A stretch of DNA of 64,000 nucleotides from Eledone cirrhosa (lineage: Eukaryota). Below the pieces are notes generated by a model that had not been told where the DNA came from, did not search any database, and worked only from the letters and a program-made list of their open reading frames with translations. Location of the stretch: NCBI GenBank assembly GCA_964016885.1, contig OZ024741.1:371628001-371692000 (forward strand). The letters are read 5' to 3'. The position numbers and the translations under genes are program-made. Positions 1 to 19,171 of the stretch are shown here, piece by piece. Positions within the stretch are counted from its first letter, which is position 1; the number at the start of each line of letters is the position of its first letter.

Positions 1-203
1 TCCAAAGTGGGCTCGATAAGGATAAATATATATCAGATATATAAGAACCGTAGAGCAAATATTTATTAAAATAACAGATTAAAGTTTAAGCAAAGAATCG
101 CTGCTTTCACTCTTAACGGGATCTTCTGAAACTCAGAAGATCCCGTTAAGGGTGAAAGCACCGATTCTTTGCTTAAACTTTAATCTGTTATTTTAATAAA
201 TAT
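1..203 (-). mobile_element. Penelope-like (Naiad-type) pLTR 3' fragment with inverted (fold-back) arm
   Basis: 1..133 is the reverse complement of the pLTR end at 45004..45136. 134..203 is an inverted copy of 59..128. Ends in (TA)n. Confidence 0.85.
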
Positions 204-217
204 ATATATATATATAT

Positions 218-430
218 AACGAAGGAGGTGTGATAAGGAACCAGATGGACCATAACGCACCAGAGTAGTCAATACTTAGGGTAGTAGAGTGGGTAATAGG
301 AAAAAGTTTAACCCCGACGGCAGAGCTCAAGCCGTTTCGACGGCTATTTCTGGACTCGACGGCTATTTCTGTCCAGAAATACTCGTCAAAACGGCTTGAG
401 CTCTGTCGTCGGGGTTAAACTTTTTCCTAT
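218..430 (-). mobile_element. Short fold-back element (family B), copy 1, in (TA)n
   Basis: Homologous to 38661..38860 and 45647..45825. Long inverted repeat with a small duplicated segment (cgacggctatttct) at the centre. TA arrays on both sides. Confidence 0.8.
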
Positions 431-587
431 ATATATATATATATATATAGTTAAAAGAATAGAGGTGTAACACACAAGTTATTATATATTGGTAAACGGA
501 ATAGAAAATGCTGACAAATTGTTCACAATTGAACAATTTGTCAGCATTACTATTCCGTTTACCAATATATATATATATATATATACA

Positions 588-682
<95 letters not shown>

Positions 683-877
683 GTGTATTTAAACATATAT
701 ATATACATTTATTTATTTATATATAGAGAGAGAGAGACATGTATATATGTTTATGAATATGTATGTGATATATGTAGAATATGATCATATGTAAATGTTT
801 ATTAGATATATGTATGTATGCATGTAAGTATGTATGTATACGTATGTAAGAATGTATATATTCTTCAAACTGGAGAT

Positions 878-951
<74 letters not shown>

Positions 952-1224
952 ACTCAGTCTTGAACTTAAATTCTCTTATCGAGTGGTCGTAGATTTTCTT
1001 ACCTTAAGTTGCTCGCACATTGCTCGGTTTGTATTTTTTTTTCGCTGTTTTTTCACTGTTTTCTCTTTTTTTCCCTTTTGTTTTCCTTCTCTCCCTCCTC
1101 CGTTTTCCCAATAACTTACCCAGTTATTGACGCCCTGGGCGGTAGATATCTTGTCTTTAAAGCGTAGAAATATCCGAGATCCCCAGTAGACAACTGATGA
1201 GGAAAACTCCCCACTCACGTTCTT

Positions 1225-1363
1225 GCACACCTGTGTCTACTAACCTATTTTTTTCCATTGAAGTTCGAAGTTTTGAACCTGTGATGCGCGGGAAGTAACT
1301 TTCACACATTCTAACAGACCAAAGGTCGACTTACACCCGGGCAACGCCGGGTACTTCTGCTAG
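1225..1363 (+). mobile_element. Helitron 3' terminal fragment
   Basis: Subterminal GC hairpin cccgggcaacgccggg followed by CTAG|T. Near-identical to 38355..38493. 5' limit uncertain, possibly ~950. Confidence 0.75.
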
Positions 1364-1607
1364 TATATATATATATATATAGACATATTTGATTTGTAAG
1401 TATGTATGTCTATATGTGAGTTGCTGTGTGTGTTTATATATAAACATATCTGTTTGTAAAGTTGTATGTAGATAAAAACATACATACCTAATATACACAC
1501 ACACATCTATATATGTATGTGTGTCTGTGTGTGTGTATGTGTGTGTATACATATATATATATATATATGTATGTATGTATGTATATATGTATATGTGCGT
1601 ATGTGTA

Positions 1608-2747
1608 CAGGGTGCGGACGGTATTTGAGGACACATGTATTTTTAGTCATTATTTTATTTGACTAATTTTTATTGAATTTCCATTTCAGAAAATAACAAT
1701 GAAAATAACTATGCTTACTAATGAAGTTGCAAGATCTTTTGTCCACAAGATTCGGTGTGAGTTAGAGAAAGAAGATGGAAGCATATTACCTGTATCAAAA
1801 CGTAAAAAACATTCCAAACGCTCTGATTCTATCAGGACACCTGAATTTATTCTGGAAGTTAAGCAAAACATTGATGACAATCCAGGGAAATCAATGAGGT
1901 CAATTGCAAAAAACTTTGGTGTGTCAGAAAAAACAATCAGAAATGTTGTGCATGAAGACATCAGACACAAATCTTATGTGATGAGAAGAGGTCAATTCAT
2001 GTCAGAAAAAAATGAAACAAAAGAAAAGCGTTTAATCAGATCCAAAAGACTTTTAAACAAACTTAAAAATTCATCAGAAGATAGTGTGATTTGTTTTTTC
2101 TCAGATGAGATGAGAAAAACTTTGACCAGCTAACAGAAGAAATGACAGGTGGCTATGTGCAGACCTTTCTGAGGTTCCAAGGTAATGCACACATTTCCTG
2201 CAAGTGTCATGGTTTTGGGTGTTTTCCACAAGGCCTTAGGGTGAATGCTGCTGCATATAATGAGGTTCTGGATAAAGTTGTTAAGCCTTTGATCAACAGT
2301 GTATGCAGTGGAAGACCTTATGTCTTTCAACAAGATTCTGCACCACCACACAAGGCTCGAATGACACAAGAATGGATGGCTGACAATTTGCATGATCACA
2401 TCACCCCCAACATTTGGCCTCCAGATCTCAATCCACTGGACTACTATGTATGGAGCACTGTTGAGAAAAATGTCAATGAACACCCCCATAGCACCAAAGA
2501 TTCTTTGAAAGTCGCCATAATACGAGTCATGTACGATATGAACAAGGACCACTTAATCCGAGCTTGTAAACGATTTCGACCCCGTGTAGAGGCAGTTGTT
2601 GATGCTTATGGTGGTTTTATTGAATGAAATTATTAAATTGATAATTTAGCTTTATGTTTGTTATTTTTATAAGAATATAGTTTTTTTCTGTCATTATATA
2701 AGAGTTTTTTTTAAACCATAAATCTGTCCTCAAATACCGTCCGCACC

Positions 2748-2750
<3 letters not shown>
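1608..2750 (+). mobile_element. Tc1/mariner DNA transposon, DD37D (maT)-like, defective
   Basis: Perfect 26-bp TIRs cagggtgcggacggtatttgaggaca (1608..1633 and 2725..2750), TA on both sides, internal transposase remnant. Confidence 0.92.
1699..2627 (+). pseudogene. Frameshifted DDD transposase
   Basis: HTH-like SMRSIAKNFGVSEKTIRNVV, FFSDE, FQQDSAPPH, WPPDLNPLDYYVW. D-to-D spacing is 34, with the WPPxSPDLNP motif short by 3 aa, so DD37D ancestry is inferred. Split over two ORFs. Confidence 0.88.
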
Positions 2751-2820
<70 letters not shown>

Positions 2821-2848
2821 TATGTATGTATGTATATATAAATATATG

Positions 2849-2916
<68 letters not shown>

Positions 2917-3084
2917 TATGTATATATGTATGTATATATAAATATATGTATGTATATATATATATAAATATATGTATGTATATATATATATATATGTATG
3001 TATATATATATATATATATGTATGTATATATAAATATATGTATGTATGTATGTATGTATGTATATATAAATATATGTATGTATG

Positions 3085-3122
<38 letters not shown>

Positions 3123-3325
3123 AATATATGTATATCTATATATATATAAATATATGTATGTATATATATATATAAATGTATGTATGTATATATATATATA
3201 TAAATGTATGTATATATATATATATAAATGTATGTATATATATATATATATATAAATATATGTATATATATATATATATATAAATATATGTATGTATATA
3301 TATATATATATATATAAATATATGT
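2751..3325. repeat. Compound (TA)n/(TATG)n microsatellite array
   Basis: Seen directly. Punctuated by aaatatatgtatgt and aaatgtatgt motifs. Confidence 0.97.
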
Positions 3326-3402
3326 ATACTCTTTTACTCTTTTACCTGTTTCAGCCTTCCGGCTGAGGCCATGCTGGGGCACCGCCCTTGTTGCTACACA
3401 TT

Positions 3403-6400
3403 TTATCTCCAGTCTGTATAGGTTGGCCACTGGTGTAGGAGGGAGTTTGTTGCTGCTGCCCTTAGGTTTCCCTCGTGTCTTGCTGTGGGCTCATCCGGGA
3501 TCCTGGATAACAAGGTGTCGAGATGTTTCTTAAAGACATCCACCTCCACGTCATGCAAGTCTCGCAGATGCCTCGGCAGCCTGTTGAAGAGTTGAGGGCC
3601 CTTGAATCCCAGGCTATTGCAATACCTGCTCCTTATTCTAGATGTGGAAGACGGGACCTTTGGCACCACACAGTGACGTCCTGTTCGACGGTTGGTCCAG
3701 CTCCCAATGCCAAAGTTTGGTGCTAGTCCCTCCAGGATTTTCCACATGTAGATCACTGCGTATCTCTCCCGTCTTCGCTCCAAGGAGTAGAGGTTCAGTT
3801 CCTTCAGCCTCTCCCAGTAGCTTGTCTCCCTCATCTTGGCAATCCTCTTGGTGTAGCTTCGCTGGATTGCCTCAAGCTCTGTGGTTAGTTTGACACTATG
3901 GGGTGACCACAGCTGGGAGCAGTAGTCCAGGCGGCTTAGGACAAAAGTCCTCCACAGTGTCAACATGGTGTCTCGATCTCTTGTAAGGAAAGTCCTCAAG
4001 ATCCAGCCAGCGAATCGTCTACATGCTGTCGCCACCTTCATGATGTGTGAAGAAAAAGATGCATCATCGCTCATGTCTATGCCCAGGTCTCGTATCGATT
4101 TTGACACGGGGATATCGGTCCCTCCTGGTCCTGTGTAGCTGTGTTCCGCTATATTTGTGTTTGTGTTTGCAGGTTTGTATTGTAGGGCTTGGAATTTGCC
4201 AGCATTAAACTGTATGTTTTCTTCCGCCCATCTGTATATGGCATCCAGATCCTGCTGTAAGAGGGCAGCGTCAGCCGGGTTTTTGATTGCCTGTGCTACC
4301 TTAGTGTCATCAGCATAGCTAGTGAGGGATGTTGTTGCATGCACCACAGAGGGCATGTCCGAGAGAGCCACCAAAAACAGTAGTGGTCCCAGGACTGTCC
4401 CCTGAGGCACCCCACTTGTTATCGGTGTTTCCCTCGAGAGGGCCCCATTTGCTGCGACTGCCTGGCTTCTGTCCCTTAGGAAGCCATGCAGCCACTCACC
4501 TACTTTTCCAGTTATGCCGAGTCCGTGTAGTTTGTGACATATCATTCCGTGGTCGACCTTGTCAAAGGCCTTCGCAAAGTCAAGATATATCACGTCTACA
4601 TGTGAGCTGTCTAGTAGTTGTCTCAGTACCCAGTCGCAGTGATGTAGCAGCTGTGTAAGGCAGCTTCTTCCTGGGCGGAAGCCATGTTGCGTGCTAGTCA
4701 GGCGGTCATTTTCTTCGAGGAAAGTGATTAGTTTCTTTCTGACGACTCGCTCCATGACCTTACTGAAATGCGACGTCAGGGAGACTGGCCTATAGTTCTT
4801 GGCCTCCGCTCTACTACCTCCTTTATGGATAGGGCATATTGTGCCTTCTTTCAGCTCCCTGGGTAGTACACCGCTAGCCAAGGAGCTTCTGAAGAGCATC
4901 TTCAGTGGAGTTGCTAAGGCCCGCTTACATATTTTTAGGAGAACTGCTGGGAATCCATCAGGTCCAGCAGCCGAGTCTGTTCTAATTTCATCAATGGCGT
5001 ACACCACATCCTCCTCCGTTATGTCTATGTGGTTGATGGTTGCCATTTCTTGATGTAGTGTTGTGGCATCAAAGAACTCCTCTGGCTTCGTTATTTGCAT
5101 GTGCCTCAGTGGACATGTGAAGACACTTTTGTACTGTTCGTTCAGTATTTCACATATCTCTTGGGGATTTTCGGTTAATGAACCGTCCGTGTGGAAGAGT
5201 GGTCCAATCTTGCAGTGTACTGAGGCAGTTTCTTTTGCAAATTTAAAGAAGGCCTTAGGGTTTGTTTTAATGTTTTCTATGGCCCTGTTCTCTTTCCTTG
5301 CCCTCTCATTCTCATGTGAAAGCTTGAGTGCAATCTCGGTGTCAAGTAGTGCACGTTTCAAATAGGATTCCTTCTTGTTTTTGTTTTGTTGACTATTCAA
5401 CTGGTTTGAGAGTTTAGTTCTACGTCTCATAAGGATTTTCCTATCTCTGGGAATAAGATTTTTGTGTCTGTTTGCCTCTTTCTCCGGGACACACTTTTTG
5501 CATATGGTGTGTATCGTTGTCATGAAGTGTTGAAATTGTGTGTTAGTGTCTTGTGTGGCGATGTTTGCACTCCATGTTTGCTTCCGGATTTCACTCTTAA
5601 TCTTCTTCCAGTCAGCCCCGTAGAAGTTAAGGCTGGATAGCGTCCCGGAGCTTCTTGGTGGTTTTGTCTCTGTTGGTTCTCTTGGACCACATATCATTAG
5701 CTCTACCAAGTTATGATCCGAGAGAATTGTTGGTGTCACCTTTAAATTGTGGATGAGCACTTCGTTGTTTGTAAAACAGAGGTCCAGGACATTTTCGCCT
5801 CTTGTTGGGAGGAGTATTGCTTGCTCCATGAACAGCCTGTGTGTGAGGGCCAGCAGGGATTCCGTCTGTCTCTGTTCTATTGACGTCATTCCAGGGAGGA
5901 GGTGGCCCTCAGGCCATTTGACCTTTGGTAGGTTGAAGTCTCCCAGCAGTAGGATGTTGAGACCCTGGTCCAGTTTGTCAAGGACCTCTTCTATCCTACT
6001 TAGGCTATCCTCAAATTTACCCTCATGACTGGGGGCATCGGGCGGCCGATATGTGACACATATTACCGTCTGTAGTTGCTTCATATGTATTATCAGTGTG
6101 TCACAGACTGAGTTTGAATGTGTCAACAGTACAATTGGTGTGACATCTTCACGGATATACAGAGCAACCCCACCATGAGTTCTCTCCTTCCTATCCGAAC
6201 GAAATACAGTATATTTCGGTATATGTATTTCTGCATCTGCTATACTGCTTGTCAGGTGCGTTTCGGTTAGTGCCATGCATAGTGCTTGATTGCTTATGGC
6301 TAAGTCTCCCAGGTAGGAAATTTTACTCATGTTGCTGAGTTTCACCAGGCCCCTGACATTCAGCAGCAGCACTGGTGTGACTTTTGGGGTGCCAGTAATG

Positions 6401-6441
6401 GCTGTCGGTATGACACCTGGTCTGGTGTCAGCGGCGGCCAC
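3403..6441 (-). CDS. LINE ORF2: apurinic endonuclease + reverse transcriptase
   Basis: APE motifs LLNVRGL, ALTETHL, YRPP, GDFN, LDL, SDH. RT motifs [41 protein letters not shown]1-type [17 protein letters not shown]. About 1012 codons without a stop. The track start is GTG, not ATG. Confidence 0.95.
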   Translation of the reverse strand: MAAADTRPGVIPTAITGTPKVTPVLLLNVRGLVKLSNMSKISYLGDLAISNQALCMALTETHLTSSIADAEIHIPKYTVFRSDRKERTHGGVALYIREDVTPIVLLTHSNSVCDTLIIHMKQLQTVICVTYRPPDAPSHEGKFEDSLSRIEEVLDKLDQGLNILLLGDFNLPKVKWPEGHLLPGMTSIEQRQTESLLALTHRLFMEQAILLPTRGENVLDLCFTNNEVLIHNLKVTPTILSDHNLVELMICGPREPTETKPPRSSGTLSSLNFYGADWKKIKSEIRKQTWSANIATQDTNTQFQHFMTTIHTICKKCVPEKEANRHKNLIPRDRKILMRRRTKLSNQLNSQQNKNKKESYLKRALLDTEIALKLSHENERARKENRAIENIKTNPKAFFKFAKETASVHCKIGPLFHTDGSLTENPQEICEILNEQYKSVFTCPLRHMQITKPEEFFDATTLHQEMATINHIDITEEDVVYAIDEIRTDSAAGPDGFPAVLLKICKRALATPLKMLFRSSLASGVLPRELKEGTICPIHKGGSRAEAKNYRPVSLTSHFSKVMERVVRKKLITFLEENDRLTSTQHGFRPGRSCLTQLLHHCDWVLRQLLDSSHVDVIYLDFAKAFDKVDHGMICHKLHGLGITGKVGEWLHGFLRDRSQAVAANGALSRETPITSGVPQGTVLGPLLFLVALSDMPSVVHATTSLTSYADDTKVAQAIKNPADAALLQQDLDAIYRWAEENIQFNAGKFQALQYKPANTNTNIAEHSYTGPGGTDIPVSKSIRDLGIDMSDDASFSSHIMKVATACRRFAGWILRTFLTRDRDTMLTLWRTFVLSRLDYCSQLWSPHSVKLTTELEAIQRSYTKRIAKMRETSYWERLKELNLYSLERRRERYAVIYMWKILEGLAPNFGIGSWTNRRTGRHCVVPKVPSSTSRIRSRYCNSLGFKGPQLFNRLPRHLRDLHDVEVDVFKKHLDTLLSRIPDEPTARHEGNLRAAATNSLLHQWPTYTDWR

Positions 6442-7313
6442 TCTGGGTCCCTTAACTGCGGTGGTCTCGAGTGCTGGTGTGGATGACCCTGGCTCTGGAG
6501 ACGATGCAGCCAGGTCAGCTGTCCCACAATCTTCTCTGCCATCACTAAAAAAATTTTCTGATCTGTTGCTGCCATCTGTATCTCGTCGGCATGTGTGTGC
6601 CTTCTCCTTGTTGGTGCAGCACGCGCGACATCAGCATACTTCTGGAGCGGCTTATTTCGGCTTAGGCTGGGGCATGTTGCGCGAGTATGATGGGCATAGT
6701 TCGTTTGAGACCTAGGGTGGGCGAATCTGCATCCCATCCCTGTCTCTCCATGCCAGCATGTCCCGTTCTTGAAAAACTTGCACATTACTTGGGGTGTTTT
6801 GCTCCCAGTGTCTCGGTGCTTTCTGTTCTTTCTTTGAACAGTTGTCCACTGGTCCCTCTGCGCTTGGTTCTCCTTCGGAAGGTGATTTCGCTTTTCACCT
6901 TTGCCCTTAGCTTGTTGGTTGCCCGGCCTGCCCTCCCTGCCTGTAGCGGAGGGTATATCATTTTCTTTCAGGTCCGTGCTTGTGCTCTCCTCCTTTTCTT
7001 TTTCCCTTTCTTTTTCCTCTTCCCTTTCCCTCTCCTTCTCCTCATCCCTCCCTTCGGTTTTCTCCTCCCTGAGGACACGGCTTAGCATCGCCATATGAGG
7101 CGCTATGAGGACATACGCCTTCTCAATTTCTTTTCTCTTTCTCTCTATCTGTACCAGGGTCCTCAGAAACCCATGGCTCTTCAGGTTCTCCGCCATCTTT
7201 TTGCTTGGTGGAGACCCATCAGCCATAGTCCACCCCTTGATCAAAACCGCTAGTTCAATCTTCGACCAGTTTCGCTGACTCCTGATTTCACATTTTTCCT
7301 GCATGCAGTCCAT
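6360..7313 (-). CDS. LINE ORF1 (317 aa): Myb/trihelix-like N-terminus, charged linker, CCCH zinc finger
   Basis: ATG at 7313 (MDCMQEK). WSKIELAVLIKGW..MAENLKSHGFLRTLVQIERKRKEIEKAY and CKFFKNGTCWHGETGMGCRFAH. Overlaps ORF2. Confidence 0.75.
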   Translation of the reverse strand: MDCMQEKCEIRSQRNWSKIELAVLIKGWTMADGSPPSKKMAENLKSHGFLRTLVQIERKRKEIEKAYVLIAPHMAMLSRVLREEKTEGRDEEKEREREEEKEREKEKEESTSTDLKENDIPSATGREGRPGNQQAKGKGEKRNHLPKENQAQRDQWTTVQRKNRKHRDTGSKTPQVMCKFFKNGTCWHGETGMGCRFAHPRSQTNYAHHTRATCPSLSRNKPLQKYADVARAAPTRRRHTHADEIQMAATDQKIFLVMAEKIVGQLTWLHRLQSQGHPHQHSRPPQLRDPEWPPLTPDQVSYRQPLLAPQKSHQCCC

Positions 7314-7533
7314 TTCGCTGTGGAGGGGAGAAAGAGAGACAGTGGGAGGTGTAGGGTAGAGGTTAGAGAGGGACAGAGTGAGGGAGGGAGATAGAGATAT
7401 AACTCCAGCGAGAGAAGAAGAAAGAGAAACAGAAGAAAAGAAAAGAAAAGGGGGAGACAGAAGAGGAGAGCGAGAGAGATAGCGGGAAGAGTGGGGAGGG
7501 GTCAGAGGGAGAGAGAGGAGAGAGAGAGAGAGA

Positions 7534-7592
<59 letters not shown>

Positions 7593-7647
7593 CGTTGATC
7601 TAGAGAGAGGGAGAAAGAGAGCTCGTTGATCGAGAGAGAGAGAGGGG

Positions 7648-7729
<82 letters not shown>

Positions 7730-8331
7730 GAGAGAGAGAGAGGGGAAGGAGAGAGATAGAGACAGCGTGAGAGCGTGAGCAACAGCAGTTCATAAATACA
7801 AAAATAAATTTTTAAATTTAAATTTAAATTAATGAATGGAAGAAACCGGAAACATAGAGATATATAAGCCGGATGTAAATGTCTGTTTACAAATATAGGA
7901 AGTTATTGTAATATCAGCATATCATACAAGAAACAACGAAATCCAAATACAGATAAGATTATACAAAATCAAACAAGATTATATCAAATTAAATTATGTT
8001 ACTCAGAAAAATCAAAATTAATACAAGATCTGCTTGAGTTAAACCAAAATGCTCTGTATGGTAGACAAACAAAAATAGAAAGCACGTGTGTGTGTTATCT
8101 CCTATGAATGAATCATACAGTGAAAATAAACATATTCAAAACGGTAATTATGTAAAATATACTTCAAAATAATTGTGTCAAAGCACAAAAACTTATCTTT
8201 TTTGTATGTTTTCCTTGTCCTCTGAAGAATTAAAACCATACATAAATCCGATTACTGTCGATTTAAAATATTAAAATTTTTCAAATCCGGAGAGACGACA
8301 ATTCACGTCTTATACCAACAAGTGCCAAGCC

Positions 8332-14914
<6,583 letters not shown>

Positions 14915-15244
14915 TATATATATCTATATATAAATATATGTATGTATATATAAGTATATGTATGTATATATATATATGTATATATATATATAATATATGT
15001 ATGTATATATATATATATATGTTATATATATATAAATATATGTATGTATATATATATATGTATATACATATAAATATATGTATGTATATATATATATGTA
15101 TATATATATATAAATAAATGTATGTATATATATATAAATATATGTATGTATATATATATATAAATATAAATATATGTATGTATATATATATATATATAAG
15201 TATAAATATATGCATATATATATATATATAAATATAAATATATG

Positions 15245-15324
<80 letters not shown>

Positions 15325-15406
15325 TAAATATATGCATGTATATATATATATATATATAAATATAGATATATGTATATAAATATATATATATAAATATAAA
15401 TATATG

Positions 15407-15494
<88 letters not shown>

Positions 15495-15578
15495 TATGTA
15501 TGTATATATATATATATAAATATATGCATATATATATATATAAATATATGTATGTATATATATATATATAAATATATG

Positions 15579-15616
<38 letters not shown>

Positions 15617-15633
15617 TATGTATGTATGTATAT

Positions 15634-16168
15634 ATGGTGGCTGCCAACTCGTTTTCGAGTACGGCCACTACTTTATATCCATGTAGGAGAACCCCTACCG
15701 ATGCGCTAAACATGTGTGACTTTTTAGTCCAGCCAGCGACTTGAAAACTCTGGTACAAACTCTACACTTGTGACAATTATTGACACATAGTGCTGGGCCC
15801 TTGGTACCATGTAACGACAAGTGCAGAGAGATCTCCAGATATAAAGCAATGCCTGTGCCGTGAAGCTTTTATAGTGAGCCAAGGCACTGCACAAAGCCAG
15901 TCCCACTCTCTTAACCAAGATGATATTTACCAAAAAGAAGAACAAGTCAACATCATTGGATACCATCAGAGTTGCAGGTGTTATATCAGAGTTTTCCTTC
16001 TCCTAGAATTCTGCCTTGACAAAGGCTAAGGGGTCATCTCTCCCGGTGATTTTGGATGACCATTGACTCGTAAGAGCTCCTTTGCCCGTTGACAGGTTTT
16101 GTTTTTAGTCCTACAGGATGTCCAAAGTCACCCTCCTCACCAAGAAACCATGATGGGGTTGCCAGTTT
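15634..16168 (-). mobile_element. Non-autonomous RTE-derived element (family R-A), cut by assembly gap
   Basis: Matches 57064..57625 and 59358..59912. Contains RTE-like 5' UTR motif ctaggagaaggaaaactctga and a C-terminal C2H2 remnant. Confidence 0.8.
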
Positions 16169-16368
16169 NNNNNNNNNNNNNNNNNNNNNNNNNNNNNNNN
16201 NNNNNNNNNNNNNNNNNNNNNNNNNNNNNNNNNNNNNNNNNNNNNNNNNNNNNNNNNNNNNNNNNNNNNNNNNNNNNNNNNNNNNNNNNNNNNNNNNNNN
16301 NNNNNNNNNNNNNNNNNNNNNNNNNNNNNNNNNNNNNNNNNNNNNNNNNNNNNNNNNNNNNNNNNNNN
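16169..16368. other. Assembly gap (200 N)
   Basis: Run of N. Confidence 1.
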
Positions 16369-16529
16369 ATATATGTATGTATATATGTATGTATATATAT
16401 ATATATGTATATATATGTATATATATATGTATATATATATGTATATATATATGTATATAGATATGTATGTATATATATATGTATATATAAATGTATGTAT
16501 ATATATATGTATGTATATATATATGTATG

Positions 16530-16574
<45 letters not shown>

Positions 16575-16641
16575 ATATATATATGTATATATATGTATAT
16601 ATATATGTATGTATATATATATATATGTATATATATGTATG

Positions 16642-16672
<31 letters not shown>

Positions 16673-16856
16673 GTACGTATATATTTATGTATATATATGT
16701 ATGTATATATATATATATGTATATATATGTATGTATATATATGTATATATATATATATGTATGTATATATATAAGTATGTTTATATATATATATATGTAT
16801 ATGTTTGTATATATATATATATATGTATAATATGTATGTATATATATATATGTATG

Positions 16857-16887
<31 letters not shown>

Positions 16888-16988
16888 GTATGTATATATA
16901 TATGTATGTATATATATATGTATGTATGTATGTGTGTGTGTGTATGTGTGTGTATGTATGTATGTATGTATGTATATATATATGTATG

Positions 16989-17040
<52 letters not shown>

Positions 17041-17054
17041 TGTATGTATGTATG

Positions 17055-17456
17055 TTTTCTCTTTCTCTTAATTTCGAGTATATTTTTTTGACCGGCCACC
17101 TTCCTGGTGGCAAGGTTGTAAAAGAAAAGAAATTGTCATCCCTTGAATCGCAAGAATGTTTTGCAAATTTTGAAGGTGCCAGCTATCGCAGCCATTTGTA
17201 GACTATGAATTAGGGAGCTGCGTTCTTTGTCCGCAAATCCAAGTTCAGTCATACTTTGGTCCAAGCGGGTTGGTATATAACCCGTAGCACCAATAATGAT
17301 GGGTATGAAGCTAAAGGTGTATCTTGGATACTGGATTTGTAAACTCCTCATCAATGGTCCGTAGATGTCCTCCTTCTCCTGTATTTTTCTGACAACGTTT
17401 ACATCAAGTGGGCAGCTGATCTCCACAACAGAACACGTTTTCAATGTGTGGTCCCA
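17055..17456 (-). mobile_element. R4/Dong-type RLE LINE 3' fragment
   Basis: [16 protein letters not shown]...[14 protein letters not shown] plus 3' UTR, nearly identical to 46025..46426. Lies in a (TATG)n array. Confidence 0.9.
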
Positions 17457-17667
17457 ATATGTATGTATGTATATATATATATGTATGTATATATGTATGT
17501 ATATATATATGTATGTATATATGTATGTATATATATATGTATGTATGTATATATGTATGTATATATATATGTATATATATATGTATGTATGTATATATAT
17601 ATGTATATATATATGTATGTATGTATATATGTATGTATATATATATGTATGTATATATATATGTATG

Positions 17668-17707
<40 letters not shown>

Positions 17708-17908
17708 TGTATGTATATATATATGTATGTATATATATATGTATGTATATATATATATATGTATATATGTATGTATATATATATGTATGTATATATATAT
17801 GTATGTATATATATATGTATATATATATGTATGTATATATATATGTATATATATATGTATATATAAATGTATGTATATATATATGTATGTATATATATAT
17901 ATGTATGT

Positions 17909-17939
<31 letters not shown>

Positions 17940-18026
17940 TATATATTTGTATATATATATGTATATATATATGTATGTATATATATATGTATATATATAT
18001 GTATGTATATATATATGTATATATGT

Positions 18027-18438
18027 CGGGAGAGATGACCCCTTAGCCTTTGTCAAGGCAGAATTCTAGGAGAAGGAAAACTCTGATATAACACCTGCAA
18101 CCCTGATGGTATCCAATGATGTTGACTTGTTCTTCTTTTTGGTAAATATCATCTTGGTTAAGAGAGTGGGACTGGCTTTGTGCAGTGCCTTTGCTCACTA
18201 TAAAAGCTTCACGGCACAGGCATTGCTTTATATCTGGAGATCTCTCTGCAGTTGTCGTCACATGGTACCATGGGCCTAGCACTATGTGTCAATAATTGTT
18301 ACAAGTGTAGTGTTTGTACCAGAGTTTTTAAGTCACTGGCTGGACTAAAAAGGCACACTCATTCAGCGCATCGGTAGGGGTTCTCCTACATGGATATAAA
18401 GTAGTGGCCGTACTCGAAAACGAGTTGGCAGCCACCAT
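18027..18438 (+). mobile_element. RTE-derived element R-A, 5'-truncated
   Basis: Encodes [25 protein letters not shown] (18300..18377), similar to the RTE/BovB C-terminal C2H2 finger. 3' hairpin ctcg-aaaa-cgag, then (tatg)n. Confidence 0.8.
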
Positions 18439-18471
18439 ATATGTATGTATGTATGTATATATGTATATATG

Positions 18472-18504
<33 letters not shown>

Positions 18505-18623
18505 GTATATATATATGTATATATATATGTATGTATATATGTATATATATATGTATGTTTATATGTATATATATATGTATGTATATATGTATATATATGT
18601 ATGTATGTATATATGTATATATG

Positions 18624-18658
<35 letters not shown>

Positions 18659-19171
18659 GTATATATATATGTATATATATATGTATGTATATATGTATAT
18701 ATATATGTATGTATATATGTATATATATATGTATGTATATATGTATATATATATGTATGTATATATGTATATATGTATATATATATGTATGTATATATGT
18801 ATATATATATGTATGTATATATGTATATATATTTGTATGTATATATGTATATATATATATATGTATATATATGTATGTATATATGTATATATATATATAT
18901 GTATATATATATATGTATATATATATATATGTATATATATATGTATGTATATATGTATATATATATATATGTATATATATATGTATGTATATATGTATAT
19001 ATATATATATGTATATATATATATGTATATATATATATATACCAGCAGAGGCATATATATTTTGGCACATATTACAAAATATTTGACCAATGAAATATGA
19101 TTGCGGTAGTTTAACTAAAGTAGGAATTATATCAGAATATCCATTGTCGCTTCTTCAAAGCAAATCATCTA

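Larger units (their letters stand above)
3326..7790 (-). mobile_element. Near full-length CR1-clade LINE
   Basis: ORF1 plus APE-RT ORF2. 3' UTR hairpin cagcc-ggaa-ggctg and (gtaaaaga)-type tail at 3326..3345. (TC)n-rich 5' UTR. The 5' end may extend to ~8330. Confidence 0.9.

Noticed and set aside
7314-7793. N-terminal 160 aa (SLSLSL) of the 477-aa track ORF
   Set aside because: (TC)n tract in the LINE 5' UTR. ORF1 more plausibly starts at ATG 7313.
15790-16029. 79-aa ORF MLGPWYHVTT... found four times
   Set aside because: Antisense to the RTE-derived repeat, GTG start. Recurrence reflects repeat copy similarity, not protein conservation.
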